Of a stretch of 64,000 nt of DNA, positions 39,002 through 48,115 are shown in pieces. Location: the NCBI GenBank assembly GCA_963674705.1, contig OY771506.1, positions 256,001 to 320,000 on the forward strand, given 5' to 3'. The notes under the pieces were generated by a model. That model was given only the letters and a program-made list of their open reading frames with translations. It was not told the DNA's origin and did not search any database. Every line of letters starts with the position of its first letter. Position 1 is the stretch's first letter. This DNA is from Phycisphaeraceae bacterium. Lineage in GTDB: Bacteria > Planctomycetota > Phycisphaerae > Phycisphaerales > Phycisphaeraceae. A program made the position numbers and the translations under genes.

Positions 39002-40228
39002 ATGACAAGCATATTACAGAATAACATGACAACGCCTCCTGCATCTGACAGCGAGCCGATGCTGGATTTGCCTATGGAACTTCAGCAGATGCTTTTGCAG
39101 GCGGTGGAACAGGATGCGAGCGATATTCACCTGGACAGCGGCTCGTCGAGGCCTGCGCTTCGTTTCCGGGTAGACAGCACTTTGTATGTCCAGCGTCGAT
39201 TGGAAAGTAAAGAAAGCGCGTTGCGTTTGATCAACCAGGTGCGGGTGTCGGCGGGCATGCATATTGATGCGATCTGGACGCCGGAGCAGGGGCAGTTCCG
39301 TTGGCGATGGAAAGACAAAGTGGTGGACATCCGGGTTACCGTTGCGCCGACGGTGCCGGACAACCTGGCGCTACACATGCGACTGCTTCGGCCGCCGCAT
39401 CAGTTGCACGGGCTGGATGAACTGGGCTTATCCGAAAGCAACCTGCAAACCGTACGTAACACTTTAAAACGGTCGGATGGTTTGATCCTGATCTCCGGGC
39501 CGACCGGCGGGGGCAAGACAACCACGCTTTACGCGATGCTCGATAGCGGCATGTTTGATGACAAGTTGATCGCAACGGTGGAAGACCCGGTCGAGTATGA
39601 ATTACCTGACGCCAGGCAGCTTGAGGTGGACCCGAAACATGAATTGACGATGGCGGAAGGCCTGCGGACGTTGTTGCGGATGGACCCGGATGTCCTGGCG
39701 GTCGGCGAGATACGCGATAGTGCGTCCGCGTCGACGACAGCGATGGCGGCGCTGGCGGGTCGGCTTGTGTTGGCGACGATCCACGCGCAGGATGCGGCGA
39801 GCACGATCACCGCTTTTCACCGCATGGGTGTGCCGTACTACGTCATCGGACACACGTTACGGCTTGTGATCAATCAACGCATGATGCGCAAGCTATGCAG
39901 GCATTGCGCCAACAGCAGGACACTCGAGAAACATGAAGAAGAGCTGTTTAAATCGTACGGCATTGAGGTTCCCCAAACCCTGTACGACCCGAACGGTTGT
40001 TCGCAGTGTCACGAGCGCGGATTCCACGGGCTCGTAGGTATCTTTGAAACGCTGGCGACCAACAATCAGTTCGGCTACTGGCTGTCGGAGGGTCGAACCC
40101 CTCCGGCGATCCAGCAGCGTATCGGCGAACAAGGCTGTCAACCGCTGATCGCCTGCGCGCTTGAAAAAGCAGCGAAGGGCCAGACCTCGATGTCGGAGGT
40201 CCACGCCCTGATGAATCAATATGATTGA
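39002..40228 (+). CDS. GspE/PilB-family secretion/pilus ATPase (short, lacking the long N-terminal domain)
   Basis: ASDIH, Walker A GPTGGGKT, TVEDPVE, LRMDPDV..GEIRD, tetra-Cys motif; second His-box position reads GRLV. Confidence 0.9.
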   Translation: MTSILQNNMTTPPASDSEPMLDLPMELQQMLLQAVEQDASDIHLDSGSSRPALRFRVDSTLYVQRRLESKESALRLINQVRVSAGMHIDAIWTPEQGQFRWRWKDKVVDIRVTVAPTVPDNLALHMRLLRPPHQLHGLDELGLSESNLQTVRNTLKRSDGLILISGPTGGGKTTTLYAMLDSGMFDDKLIATVEDPVEYELPDARQLEVDPKHELTMAEGLRTLLRMDPDVLAVGEIRDSASASTTAMAALAGRLVLATIHAQDAASTITAFHRMGVPYYVIGHTLRLVINQRMMRKLCRHCANSRTLEKHEEELFKSYGIEVPQTLYDPNGCSQCHERGFHGLVGIFETLATNNQFGYWLSEGRTPPAIQQRIGEQGCQPLIACALEKAAKGQTSMSEVHALMNQYD

Positions 40229-40248
40229 TGCCTGAAGATGTATCAGCG

Positions 40249-40325
40249 AAAAGGGGCGGGAGTCGTTTCTATGAAGCGGGTGGTCAGTTTCCGCTTTAAA
40301 CATAACGACTCCCGGCCCTCTTTTT
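40249..40325. repeat. Inverted repeat (REP-like or terminator)
   Basis: AAAAGGGGCGGGAGTCGTT ... AACGACTCCCGGCCCTCTTTTT. Confidence 0.65.
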
Positions 40326-40433
40326 TATTGAAGGGATTGAGGCTTTGTTGAGTTTAAAAACGCGGACAGATCAATCCGCATGCCGGGTGCGGATGAGTGT
40401 GAATCCGCCGATTGTCAGCAGGATAAGTGATGC

Positions 40434-40483
40434 GAGGAAGAAACGGAGGAAGAAACGGAGAGGAAGAAACGGAGGAAGAAACG
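40434..40483 (+). repeat. Tandem GAGGAAGAAACG x4 leading into a REP
   Basis: Read directly; the unit is the outer flank plus arm of the REP. Confidence 0.85.
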
Positions 40484-40516
40484 GGGTCTGACCCTGTTTT
40501 TCAGGTGGCTTGCTTA

Positions 40517-40623
40517 GGGAGAGCCGTGCCGAGCGCGGCGAGGTTTTATGCCGTCGCGGCTGGTGGCTGTGCGGGTTTGTGGTTGTTGATGTGAAGAGCG
40601 CGACCGATGGTCGCGGCTATACA
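40517..40623 (+). repeat. Right copy of island-bounding direct repeat plus CGCGACC-type REP arm
   Basis: Aligns with 35323-35407; continues CGCGACCGATGGTCGCGGCTATACA. Confidence 0.7.
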
Positions 40624-40765
40624 GGTGGGTGTGAGTTCATTGTAAATGATAAAAACCCGGCCGGGATGGTCGGGCATTAGACGTGAAGCAAGAGCGCTAA
40701 GCCGTAAGCGGCTTGACGAGTTGGTCGTGTTTGCTTTGTGATTCGTTACGTAATCAACCCGGCTC

Positions 40766-43642
40766 TCACCCAGGCCCCCCCGGAAGTCTCCCGGGGGGAG
40801 AGGGAGGAAAGATAACGGGGAGGGTTTGGTTGGTGCGGGCTTGTTGCAGGCGCAGGCGGGCGATGTCGATGGGTTGCCAGGTGCGCCAGACTTTGAAGGT
40901 TGGGGTGAAGCCGTAGGCGCCGTTGTTGACTTTGATGGCAACATTTTCCTTGAGGTACATGCGGTAGTCGGGGCGGATGGCTTCGAGTTGGTCGAGGACT
41001 TGTTCGGCGCGGTCGTATTGTTGTTGTGCGATCAGGTCATCGATGATTTGGGCGTAGGTGTTGAGCAGGAACTGCCAGCGGTGGTTGTTGGCTTCATGGG
41101 CGTAGTCGGGCTGGGTGGTGTTGTTGGTGATGTTATCGATTGTGGCGAGGGCTTGATCGAATTGGCCTAGTTTTGCCTGCAGTTTTGCGGTTTCGAGATC
41201 GAGATTTTCCAGGGCGAGTTTGTAGAGCATGTCGTCGTTACGGATGTACTCTGGCCAGGCGTCACGGGGCAGGTCGCGTTTTTTATTTATCGCTTCGATA
41301 GCCTGTTGATATTGGCCTTGCTTCTGGCATTGATTTATCTCATCGCTGAGCTTCTGGTATGGCGACTCTTGTTTTTCAAGTTGCTCGGCGAGGTCGGGGT
41401 ATTGTTTGAGCAGGTCGGCGAGCGAGTCGAACTTTGGCGATGGCAGGTCGATGTTTTGTTGCCAGTTGAAGCGGTCGCCGTTGTAGGACCTGGCTGATTC
41501 GGGGTCGTCGAGCGCGTTCATGATGACGACACTGTAATCCAGTTGGACTTGATCGGCGTCACCCTCGAGCAGGTAGGTGTGGACGCTGGGTTTTTCGCGG
41601 CCGCCGTTGTCGTGGGCGGTGTTGATGAGTTTCCATGTGCTTTGATCGGGGAGTTTGCCGGGAATCCAGTAGTTGGAGATGTTTCCGCCGCGGTCGGCGG
41701 GGGTTTGGACTGCGATGACGGTGTAGCCGTCGTTGCTGCGGGCGGCGGAGAGGACTTTCGGGCCGAAGCCACTATTCAGCGATTCGGTCGCACGCGGGAT
41801 CGCCATGGCGAGCGTGAGTTTGATGTTGAACTTCTTGTAGCTATCGACCAGGGAATCTTTTCTTTCGGTTTCTGTGAGGAACTTATCTTCCAGCGGTTTG
41901 AGTTGTTGATAGAGCGAATCGAATTCGCCGGTTCGGCCGGTGCGGTGCAGGTGGAGCAGGTATTGGCCGAGTTGATTCATCGTGTCCCAATCGCTGAACG
42001 GATCGGCGAGTGCTTGATCCAGGCGGTCGCGTTTGAATATCTTTGCGTACTCATCCCACAGATCGTAGTGGCGCAGGATCTGGTAGCCGTTAGTATCGAG
42101 CGGCTCGAGGCTTTTGAGTGTGTTTAGTTGTACCCATAGCGGGCTGCGGAGCAGGTGGTATGAGTAGAGCGCTTCGCGGCGTTGGTTCGGGTCGGCGAGC
42201 ACGGTCCAGCTTGGCCAGGTATGGGGGATGCCGGCTTGCGCAGCTTCGGGGATGGTGACTTGTTGCTTGCCGACAAGGACATCGGACATCATGCCGGAGT
42301 CGGCGTCGCGTTCGTAGACGGTGTAGCGCAGGTTGATGGTGCGCTGAGCTTCGCCTTGGACGAAAGGCGGAACAGCGATGTAAGTCATGCGGAGGGGCTC
42401 GTTGGGGACTTCATCCGCATCGTCGTAAAGATACATCTGCGGCGCGATGCGGTAGTAGGTGTTGCCCCAGTTGTCGAAGAGTTGTTCGCTGTAGCTCGGT
42501 GCGTACATACCGCCGTTGGGTTTGCGGTTATTGGCGTGTTTGGCGGTGATGAGAAGGTCGCCTGAGTCTGCTGATTCGATGGCGACAAACTCAGGCATCT
42601 GGATGCCGGACTCGGGGTCGTAGAGTTGTTCGAGGCCGACGGGTTTACCTTCGAGTTTTTCAGCGCCTGCCCGCATGATCTGACCGACCTGGTACAGGTT
42701 GCGTTGCTTGATGATTTCGTCGAAGTGGTCAGGGTCGAAGAACGATTCGGGCTGCGGGTCGGTGTAGTCGAACGTCACGAGCAGGAAGTCTTCGTAGTTC
42801 GGCTGATAGAGTTTCATGCGGATGGGCAAGCGGGATTCTTTCAGGACCCAGATGCGAGCCCACTGCATGGTGGCGTCGTGGGAATAATCGAAGACTTCTA
42901 TGCCGGCACTTGCGGCGACGGTCGCGCTCTTGACAGGTTTGCCTTGCGGGGGATCGCCACGGAACATCATGTGCAACAGCGCATCGAGCATGCCTTTCTC
43001 TTCAAGCGTATGGATGTACTGATCGGGGATGAGTTGGAAGCGCGTATCCTGTTGTTCGATCCATTTGCGCTCATCGGCGTCGAAGATGCGCGAGGTTTCC
43101 CCGTTGCGGAACTGGACCTGGTCGAATCCCTGGGCGCGGAAGTGGCCGGGCGATCGGTAGTACATGTCGATCTTGTACATCTTGGGCATATTGCCGTTGT
43201 GCGGTTCGTCGGCCCAGGCGGTGGCGTGGAAGTGATCGACATGATTCATGGCGGTGACGACGTCGGCCCAGGCGACGGAGGAGATAGCGCTGCCGTTATG
43301 CGTTTGCGTATCCGTGATCAGCAGGACAAACATCACGACAGCGGCGGCGACGGCGATCGGACCCCAGACGCGCCAGCGCGAGGGCGCGTAGTGTGGCTGC
43401 GATTGCGGATTCGCTTGCATGGATTCCTTGCGCACGGCCTTCATGATGTCGGCTTCGAGGTCGGCGGTTGAGGCGCTATCGTTTGAGTCGGTGACGGCGT
43501 TCATGGCTTGCGTGAGCGCGGCAAGCTCTTCGTGGGATTCGACGTCGCCGTTGAGCGTGGCCTGGAATTCGGCGCGCTGTTCGGGTGTCATTTCGCCGGT
43601 GAGGTAATCGATCATTTGTTGTTGGCGTTTTTTGTCGGTCAT
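40766..43642 (-). CDS. Large membrane-spanning anti-sigma factor with extracytoplasmic domains
   Basis: ATGA overlap with the sigma stop; N-terminal IDYLTGEM..EF anti-sigma-like helices, one TM helix, AWADVV motif, TPR-like C-terminus. Confidence 0.75.
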   Translation of the reverse strand: MTDKKRQQQMIDYLTGEMTPEQRAEFQATLNGDVESHEELAALTQAMNAVTDSNDSASTADLEADIMKAVRKESMQANPQSQPHYAPSRWRVWGPIAVAAAVVMFVLLITDTQTHNGSAISSVAWADVVTAMNHVDHFHATAWADEPHNGNMPKMYKIDMYYRSPGHFRAQGFDQVQFRNGETSRIFDADERKWIEQQDTRFQLIPDQYIHTLEEKGMLDALLHMMFRGDPPQGKPVKSATVAASAGIEVFDYSHDATMQWARIWVLKESRLPIRMKLYQPNYEDFLLVTFDYTDPQPESFFDPDHFDEIIKQRNLYQVGQIMRAGAEKLEGKPVGLEQLYDPESGIQMPEFVAIESADSGDLLITAKHANNRKPNGGMYAPSYSEQLFDNWGNTYYRIAPQMYLYDDADEVPNEPLRMTYIAVPPFVQGEAQRTINLRYTVYERDADSGMMSDVLVGKQQVTIPEAAQAGIPHTWPSWTVLADPNQRREALYSYHLLRSPLWVQLNTLKSLEPLDTNGYQILRHYDLWDEYAKIFKRDRLDQALADPFSDWDTMNQLGQYLLHLHRTGRTGEFDSLYQQLKPLEDKFLTETERKDSLVDSYKKFNIKLTLAMAIPRATESLNSGFGPKVLSAARSNDGYTVIAVQTPADRGGNISNYWIPGKLPDQSTWKLINTAHDNGGREKPSVHTYLLEGDADQVQLDYSVVIMNALDDPESARSYNGDRFNWQQNIDLPSPKFDSLADLLKQYPDLAEQLEKQESPYQKLSDEINQCQKQGQYQQAIEAINKKRDLPRDAWPEYIRNDDMLYKLALENLDLETAKLQAKLGQFDQALATIDNITNNTTQPDYAHEANNHRWQFLLNTYAQIIDDLIAQQQYDRAEQVLDQLEAIRPDYRMYLKENVAIKVNNGAYGFTPTFKVWRTWQPIDIARLRLQQARTNQTLPVIFPPSPPGRLPGGPG

Positions 43643-44241
43643 GAGATTGCCTCCGGCTGAGATTCGGTGGCGAGTGTTTCGTGGATTTTGAGCAGGCCGT
43701 AGCGCATGCGTGAACGCGCGGTGGCGACGGGGCAACCGAGCACCTCGGCGATTTCGGCGAAGCTGAGTTGGCCGAACAGTTTCATCGAGACGACTTGTTG
43801 CTGCTGCTCGGGTAAGGCTGCGATGAGTTGTCGTGCGTAGAGTGCCTGATCGGCGCGCTCGGTCAGGCGGGCGGGGTCGGTGGATGTATCGGCGGTGTCT
43901 TTGGCGGATGTGTGTTCAGCCAGCTTTGGTCGGCGGGCGCGGTAGCGGTAGTGATCGATCAGCGTGTTGTTGGCGATCGTAAACAGCCAGGTTTTCAGTG
44001 AGGATGCGCCGGCGAAGTTGCCCGCACTGAGCGAGCGGAAGGCGCGGAGGAAGACGTCCTGCGACAGGTCGTCTGCGGTGTGCTTGTCTTCGACGCGGTG
44101 CGAAAGATAGTTCGACAAGGGCCCGGCGTAGCGTTTGACGAGGATGGCAAACGCTTCGACGTCCCCCGCTTCTACGCGTCGGACGACGGCCGGGTCTTGC
44201 TCGTAGTCTTGGGTCTGCATAGGCATGAGTCGGTCCGTCAA
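43639..44241 (-). CDS. ECF RNA polymerase sigma factor
   Basis: GDVEAF, ADDLSQDVF, KTWLFTIANN, LSFAEIAEVLGCPVATARSR. Confidence 0.93.
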   Translation of the reverse strand: MTDRLMPMQTQDYEQDPAVVRRVEAGDVEAFAILVKRYAGPLSNYLSHRVEDKHTADDLSQDVFLRAFRSLSAGNFAGASSLKTWLFTIANNTLIDHYRYRARRPKLAEHTSAKDTADTSTDPARLTERADQALYARQLIAALPEQQQQVVSMKLFGQLSFAEIAEVLGCPVATARSRMRYGLLKIHETLATESQPEAIS

Positions 44242-44599
44242 GAATGACTGTGAAACTACAGCATTAGACGATGGATTGGGAGCAAGTGATTTAAATGACG
44301 TTGGGAAAGATGTGGGGAGCGGGAGAAAAGCGTCACGGGGGTTGTGATAAAGAGCTTGGGTGTAGAAGGTTATATTTTATTCGTGATCCGGCCTGGGTGG
44401 TTGGATCACGTGGCCAGAGCGCTAAGCCGCAAGCGGCTTTGTGGGAGAGAGGCGGCATAATCGTTGTGGGCGTCAGGATCGAAAGAATTTGTTACCGGGG
44501 CTTGATTAAGGTTAATGCGTGGGTTGACGATGCGCTGTTTGTATCGATTGATCGAACATAGACACCCCGCTCGGTCTGGCCGGGCACGCGAGCAATCTT

Positions 44600-45091
44600 G
44601 TGGCACAACCTGTACAGAACAACGAGCCGTCGGACCCGCTGAAGTCGCAACAGGACGGTGCGGCGCGTGTATGGATGAGCCAGCGTCAATGGATGGCGGT
44701 GTTGGAGAACACGGAGCGTCGGGCTCGGCAGGTGCGTGATGATGATCAGGCAAGTGATCTAGACTTGCGGCAGAGCCCGCGTTTACCTTTGCCGGGTGAT
44801 GCGAGGTGCATGATCCGGATGGATGAGAACAGCGACGATCACGGGACATATCTCGTGAAGCTTCGGGATATTTCCGCGACGGGATTGGGCTTCAACAGCC
44901 TGCAAAGGTTTACAGCCAGGACACGCTGCACGGTAGCGCTTCAGGACCCGCAGGGGCATGGCCTTGTGTGTGCGGCGCGGATCGTGTGGTGTAAGTCGGT
45001 TGATGATGAGCATCATGATGTGGGTATCCAGTTCGATCAACCGATTGATCCCACACGTTTTTCGGACGACACGCTCAACGTTCCCTGCTGA
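44600..45091 (+). CDS. PilZ-domain protein
   Basis: RQSPR (RxxxR), DISATG (DxSxxG), RIVWC..VGIQF. Confidence 0.85.
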   Translation: MAQPVQNNEPSDPLKSQQDGAARVWMSQRQWMAVLENTERRARQVRDDDQASDLDLRQSPRLPLPGDARCMIRMDENSDDHGTYLVKLRDISATGLGFNSLQRFTARTRCTVALQDPQGHGLVCAARIVWCKSVDDEHHDVGIQFDQPIDPTRFSDDTLNVPC

Positions 45092-45102
45092 TAGGTTGCG
45101 AT

Positions 45103-45579
45103 ATGACGAAGAAGCTTCGGCAGAGTCATCACGGCGGCGCGCTGAATACGCTCAGCCATTCGTTGACGATCGATCAGTGGCAACAGGCGCTGGAATCCGC
45201 GAAGCGGTACCGGTCGGAATTATCATTCTATGAAGACCGGCGCGACCCCAGCCAGACACGTCACGACACGGTACGACGTTGCCTGCTGCGTGTAGACCGG
45301 GGCGACGCTGCGCCGGGTCTGTACGTCGTGCGGTCGCGTGATATTTCCGACGGCGGGATCCGGATCGTACACGGCGGGCAGGTCAAGCCCCAATCCGTCT
45401 GCTGCATCATCATCGAGACGGAGAACGGCCAGAGCATCGCGGCGGGCGGCGAGGTGAGTTGGTGCAACCCGATCAAGGATGATTCGGTGGATGCGTACGA
45501 GCTGGGCATCCAGTTTTACGTGCCGATCAACGCGAGCTGCTTCGGGCCCGTCTCGGACAGCAATGAGAATGTTGCTTAA
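45103..45579 (+). CDS. PilZ-domain protein (RxxxR motif atypical)
   Basis: DISDGG, EVSWC..LGIQF; paralog of the upstream gene. Confidence 0.8.
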   Translation: MTKKLRQSHHGGALNTLSHSLTIDQWQQALESAKRYRSELSFYEDRRDPSQTRHDTVRRCLLRVDRGDAAPGLYVVRSRDISDGGIRIVHGGQVKPQSVCCIIIETENGQSIAAGGEVSWCNPIKDDSVDAYELGIQFYVPINASCFGPVSDSNENVA

Positions 45580-45670
45580 GCTTCGGCCCGTATAACACCT
45601 GTACTTTCGGCATGCGCCTGTGCTATGCTTACCAGGCATAGTATCAACGCGCGTGTCCCGGGAGTATGTC

Positions 45671-46486
45671 ATGAAACGCCTGCGTAAATGGCTCAAACGG
45701 ATCAGCCTGACGTGTCTCGTGCTGATCGTGTTTCTGGTGATCGCGTACCTGATCTACTTCCCGGGCCAACAGTCTAAGCTTGCGTTTATCCTGGCAACGG
45801 GCGTGGGGGTTCACGATCTACAAGCGCAGGTTGATGCGCTGGAAGACAAGGCGATCCGCTCCGAGCCGTTCAGCGGCGACGAGAAACGTTTTATCACCAA
45901 CCTGTACACCTGCTTTGCCAAGGGGGGCAAGCTTACCATTGTGCTGCGGCAATCGGGCGCGATGATGGATCGCTATCTGTCGATGTCCGGCGAGCCTTTG
46001 CGTACCGAGCCGCGCGTATTCTTGATGAGCCGACCGGTGCAGGAAACTTCCGTGGCCATGATTGAAGAGTTGCTGGCGGATCAGGCAGAAGGCGATCTCA
46101 AGACAAGCTATACCTCCAAGCGTTTTAACATGGCTGATCCGGCCGTGGCGGATTCGATCACCGGGCTATACTTCGGCACACTCACGGTTACGCCCGAAGC
46201 AATAGCGGATGGCACACTTAAACTTTCCTGGCGCGCGGAGGTACCTTGGGTCTGGCCCACGTATGAACAGGTCCGGGCGGAATACGGGAAGTATCACGCT
46301 CGTACCTTTGCGCTACCAAACGCACGCAGCGTGTTGTTCGGTTCAAAGTATTGCCTTTATCTTGATGACGGCTTGGGTGCTTACCTGGAAGAGCAGGAGC
46401 TTGCCGAATCATTTCTGGTTTATTCGCAGTGGGAGCAGGTGATTGAACCTGCTGTAGAGAAGTCTGACGTGAGTAAGACCGAGTAA
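45671..46486 (+). CDS. Hypothetical membrane-anchored protein
   Basis: GGAG RBS; basic N-terminus plus TM helix; no recognised domain. Confidence 0.65.
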   Translation: MKRLRKWLKRISLTCLVLIVFLVIAYLIYFPGQQSKLAFILATGVGVHDLQAQVDALEDKAIRSEPFSGDEKRFITNLYTCFAKGGKLTIVLRQSGAMMDRYLSMSGEPLRTEPRVFLMSRPVQETSVAMIEELLADQAEGDLKTSYTSKRFNMADPAVADSITGLYFGTLTVTPEAIADGTLKLSWRAEVPWVWPTYEQVRAEYGKYHARTFALPNARSVLFGSKYCLYLDDGLGAYLEEQELAESFLVYSQWEQVIEPAVEKSDVSKTE

Positions 46487-46591
46487 TGCAAGCTATTTCA
46501 GTGCGGAGTCCGAGGACGGCTTGGAACCGCCTGAAACCATGTCGATCGCCTGAATCCGATCCACAATTAGCCACAGATGAACGTGATTTGT

Positions 46592-46670
46592 TGTATAGCC
46601 GCGACCATTGGTCGCGTTCTTCGCTATCTGCCAACACAAAACCAGCGCGACCGATGGTCGCGGCTATACA
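46592..46670. repeat. REPIN-like inverted pair
   Basis: TGTATAGCCGCGACCATTGGTCGCG ... CGCGACCGATGGTCGCGGCTATACA; related arms at 35353, 38854 and 40599. Confidence 0.8.
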
Positions 46671-46924
46671 GGATGCGTTTTTCGCGCTTATCGGAACGTG
46701 TGTGCAAGGGATGGCGGGCGAGATTGGTGCGGATTGTAACGGTCGTGACGGTCGGGTTATCGAGCTAAGTCTTGAGGTGTTGTGGGGGTTGGATATGGCT
46801 TATCCGGCACCTGCTTAGCGACGATAGATACCACGACAACCCATCGTCCGCACGGGCGGTCAGGCAGGGCCGGTGACGGTCCGCCCGTCTGTTGCGGAGG
46901 GGGCGAATGGAGTGCGAGGGCCCG

Positions 46925-47980
46925 ATGGAACTAGACACGATCTTAAAGACCGCGTTGGACATGGATTGCTCGGACATCCACCTGATCGCGGGACATCCGC
47001 CGCTGGTGCGTCAGCACACGATCATGACGCCGTTGGACTATCCGGTCCTGACGGCGGAGGGCGCGCTGCGGATGCTCAAGCAGATGGCCGGCGAAGACCA
47101 GATGAAGGTCTTTGAGAAGATCAAAGACTCGGACTTCTCGTACGAGATCCCCGGGCTTGGCCGATTCCGTGTGAACGCTCACTTGCAGCGTGGCATGGTC
47201 GGTATCGCATTGCGTGCGATCAAGACGGAGATCCCGCCGCTGAAGAGCCTGAACCTGCCGGAGGTCATCAGCCGGCTGACGTACCTGCCGCGCGGGCTGG
47301 TACTGGTAACCGGCGACACGGGTTCGGGTAAATCGACGACGCTGGCGGCGATGATCGACGCGATGAACAAGCGTTATCACAAGCACATCATCACGCTGGA
47401 AGACCCCGTCGAATACTCGCTGGTCAGCGACAAGTGCGCGATCGAGCAGCGCGAACTCGGCGCGGACACACCGAGTTTCGCATCCGGGTTGCGACACGTC
47501 CTGCGTCAGGACCCTGACATCATCCTGGTCGGTGAAATGCGTGACCTCGAGACGACGGCCGCGGCGATCACGGCGGCGGAAACAGGCCACCTGGTCTTGA
47601 GCACGCTGCACACGGTCAACGCGTCACAGACCATCGAACGTATCATCGATATGTACCCCGCCGACCAGCAGAACCAGATCCGGTCGATGCTGGCCAACAC
47701 GCTTCAGGCGGTGATCTCCCAGACGTTGTTCAAGCGCATCGACAAGAAGGGCATGGTGCCCGGGATCGAGATCATGTTGTGTACCCCGGCGGTACGTAAC
47801 CTGATCCGTGAAAACCGTGCGTTTGAAATCCCGAACGTGATCGAGACGAACCGGGCGCTGGGCATGAACAGCCTGGACAACTCGATCGCGGAATTGTTCT
47901 TCAACGGGATGATCAGTCGGGAAGATGCGATCGCCCAAGCGGCGTATCCGGAGAAGCTGGAACGGGCGCTGGTCGCCTAG
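46925..47980 (+). CDS. pilT: Type IV pilus retraction ATPase
   Basis: SDIHL, GRFRVN, GDTGSGKST, TLEDPVE, LRQDPD, AETGHLV, AVRNLIRE. Confidence 0.9.
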   Translation: MELDTILKTALDMDCSDIHLIAGHPPLVRQHTIMTPLDYPVLTAEGALRMLKQMAGEDQMKVFEKIKDSDFSYEIPGLGRFRVNAHLQRGMVGIALRAIKTEIPPLKSLNLPEVISRLTYLPRGLVLVTGDTGSGKSTTLAAMIDAMNKRYHKHIITLEDPVEYSLVSDKCAIEQRELGADTPSFASGLRHVLRQDPDIILVGEMRDLETTAAAITAAETGHLVLSTLHTVNASQTIERIIDMYPADQQNQIRSMLANTLQAVISQTLFKRIDKKGMVPGIEIMLCTPAVRNLIRENRAFEIPNVIETNRALGMNSLDNSIAELFFNGMISREDAIAQAAYPEKLERALVA

Positions 47981-47986
47981 CGGTGC

Positions 47987-48106
47987 CAGCCATTAGCCTT
48001 CAGCAATTAGCCATTAGCTGAAGGCAGAACAGGAAGAAAGAGACCGATTTGTAAACCAAGAGGGCTGATAGCAGGAAGCTAAAGGCTAACGGCTAAAGGC
48101 TAAGGG
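47987..48106. repeat. Heptamer tandem repeats in inverted arrangement
   Basis: (AGCCATT)n-like then (GCTAA(A/C)G)n; similar arrays at 50171-50201 and 54482-54503. Confidence 0.7.
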
Positions 48107-48115
48107 CTTAATGAA

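Larger units (their letters stand above)
38467..40409 (-). mobile_element. IS30-derived element: terminal IRs, transposase 3' remnant, captured ATPase gene
   Basis: GGCGGATTCA (38467-38476) and TGAATCCGCC (40400-40409), each flanked by GA; IS30 C-terminus at 38474-38748. Confidence 0.6.
35412..40499. repeat. REP palindrome family AAACGGGGTC(T)GACCCCGTTT, about 8 copies
   Basis: Copies at 35413-35433, 36171-36191, 37515-37535, 37735-37750 (partial), 37855-37875, 37887-37907, 37914-37924 (half), 40479-40499. Confidence 0.92.

Noticed and set aside
35412..40500. Classical integron
   Set aside because: No tyrosine recombinase; the palindromes are 21 bp and lack GTTRRRY cores; cassettes occur in both orientations
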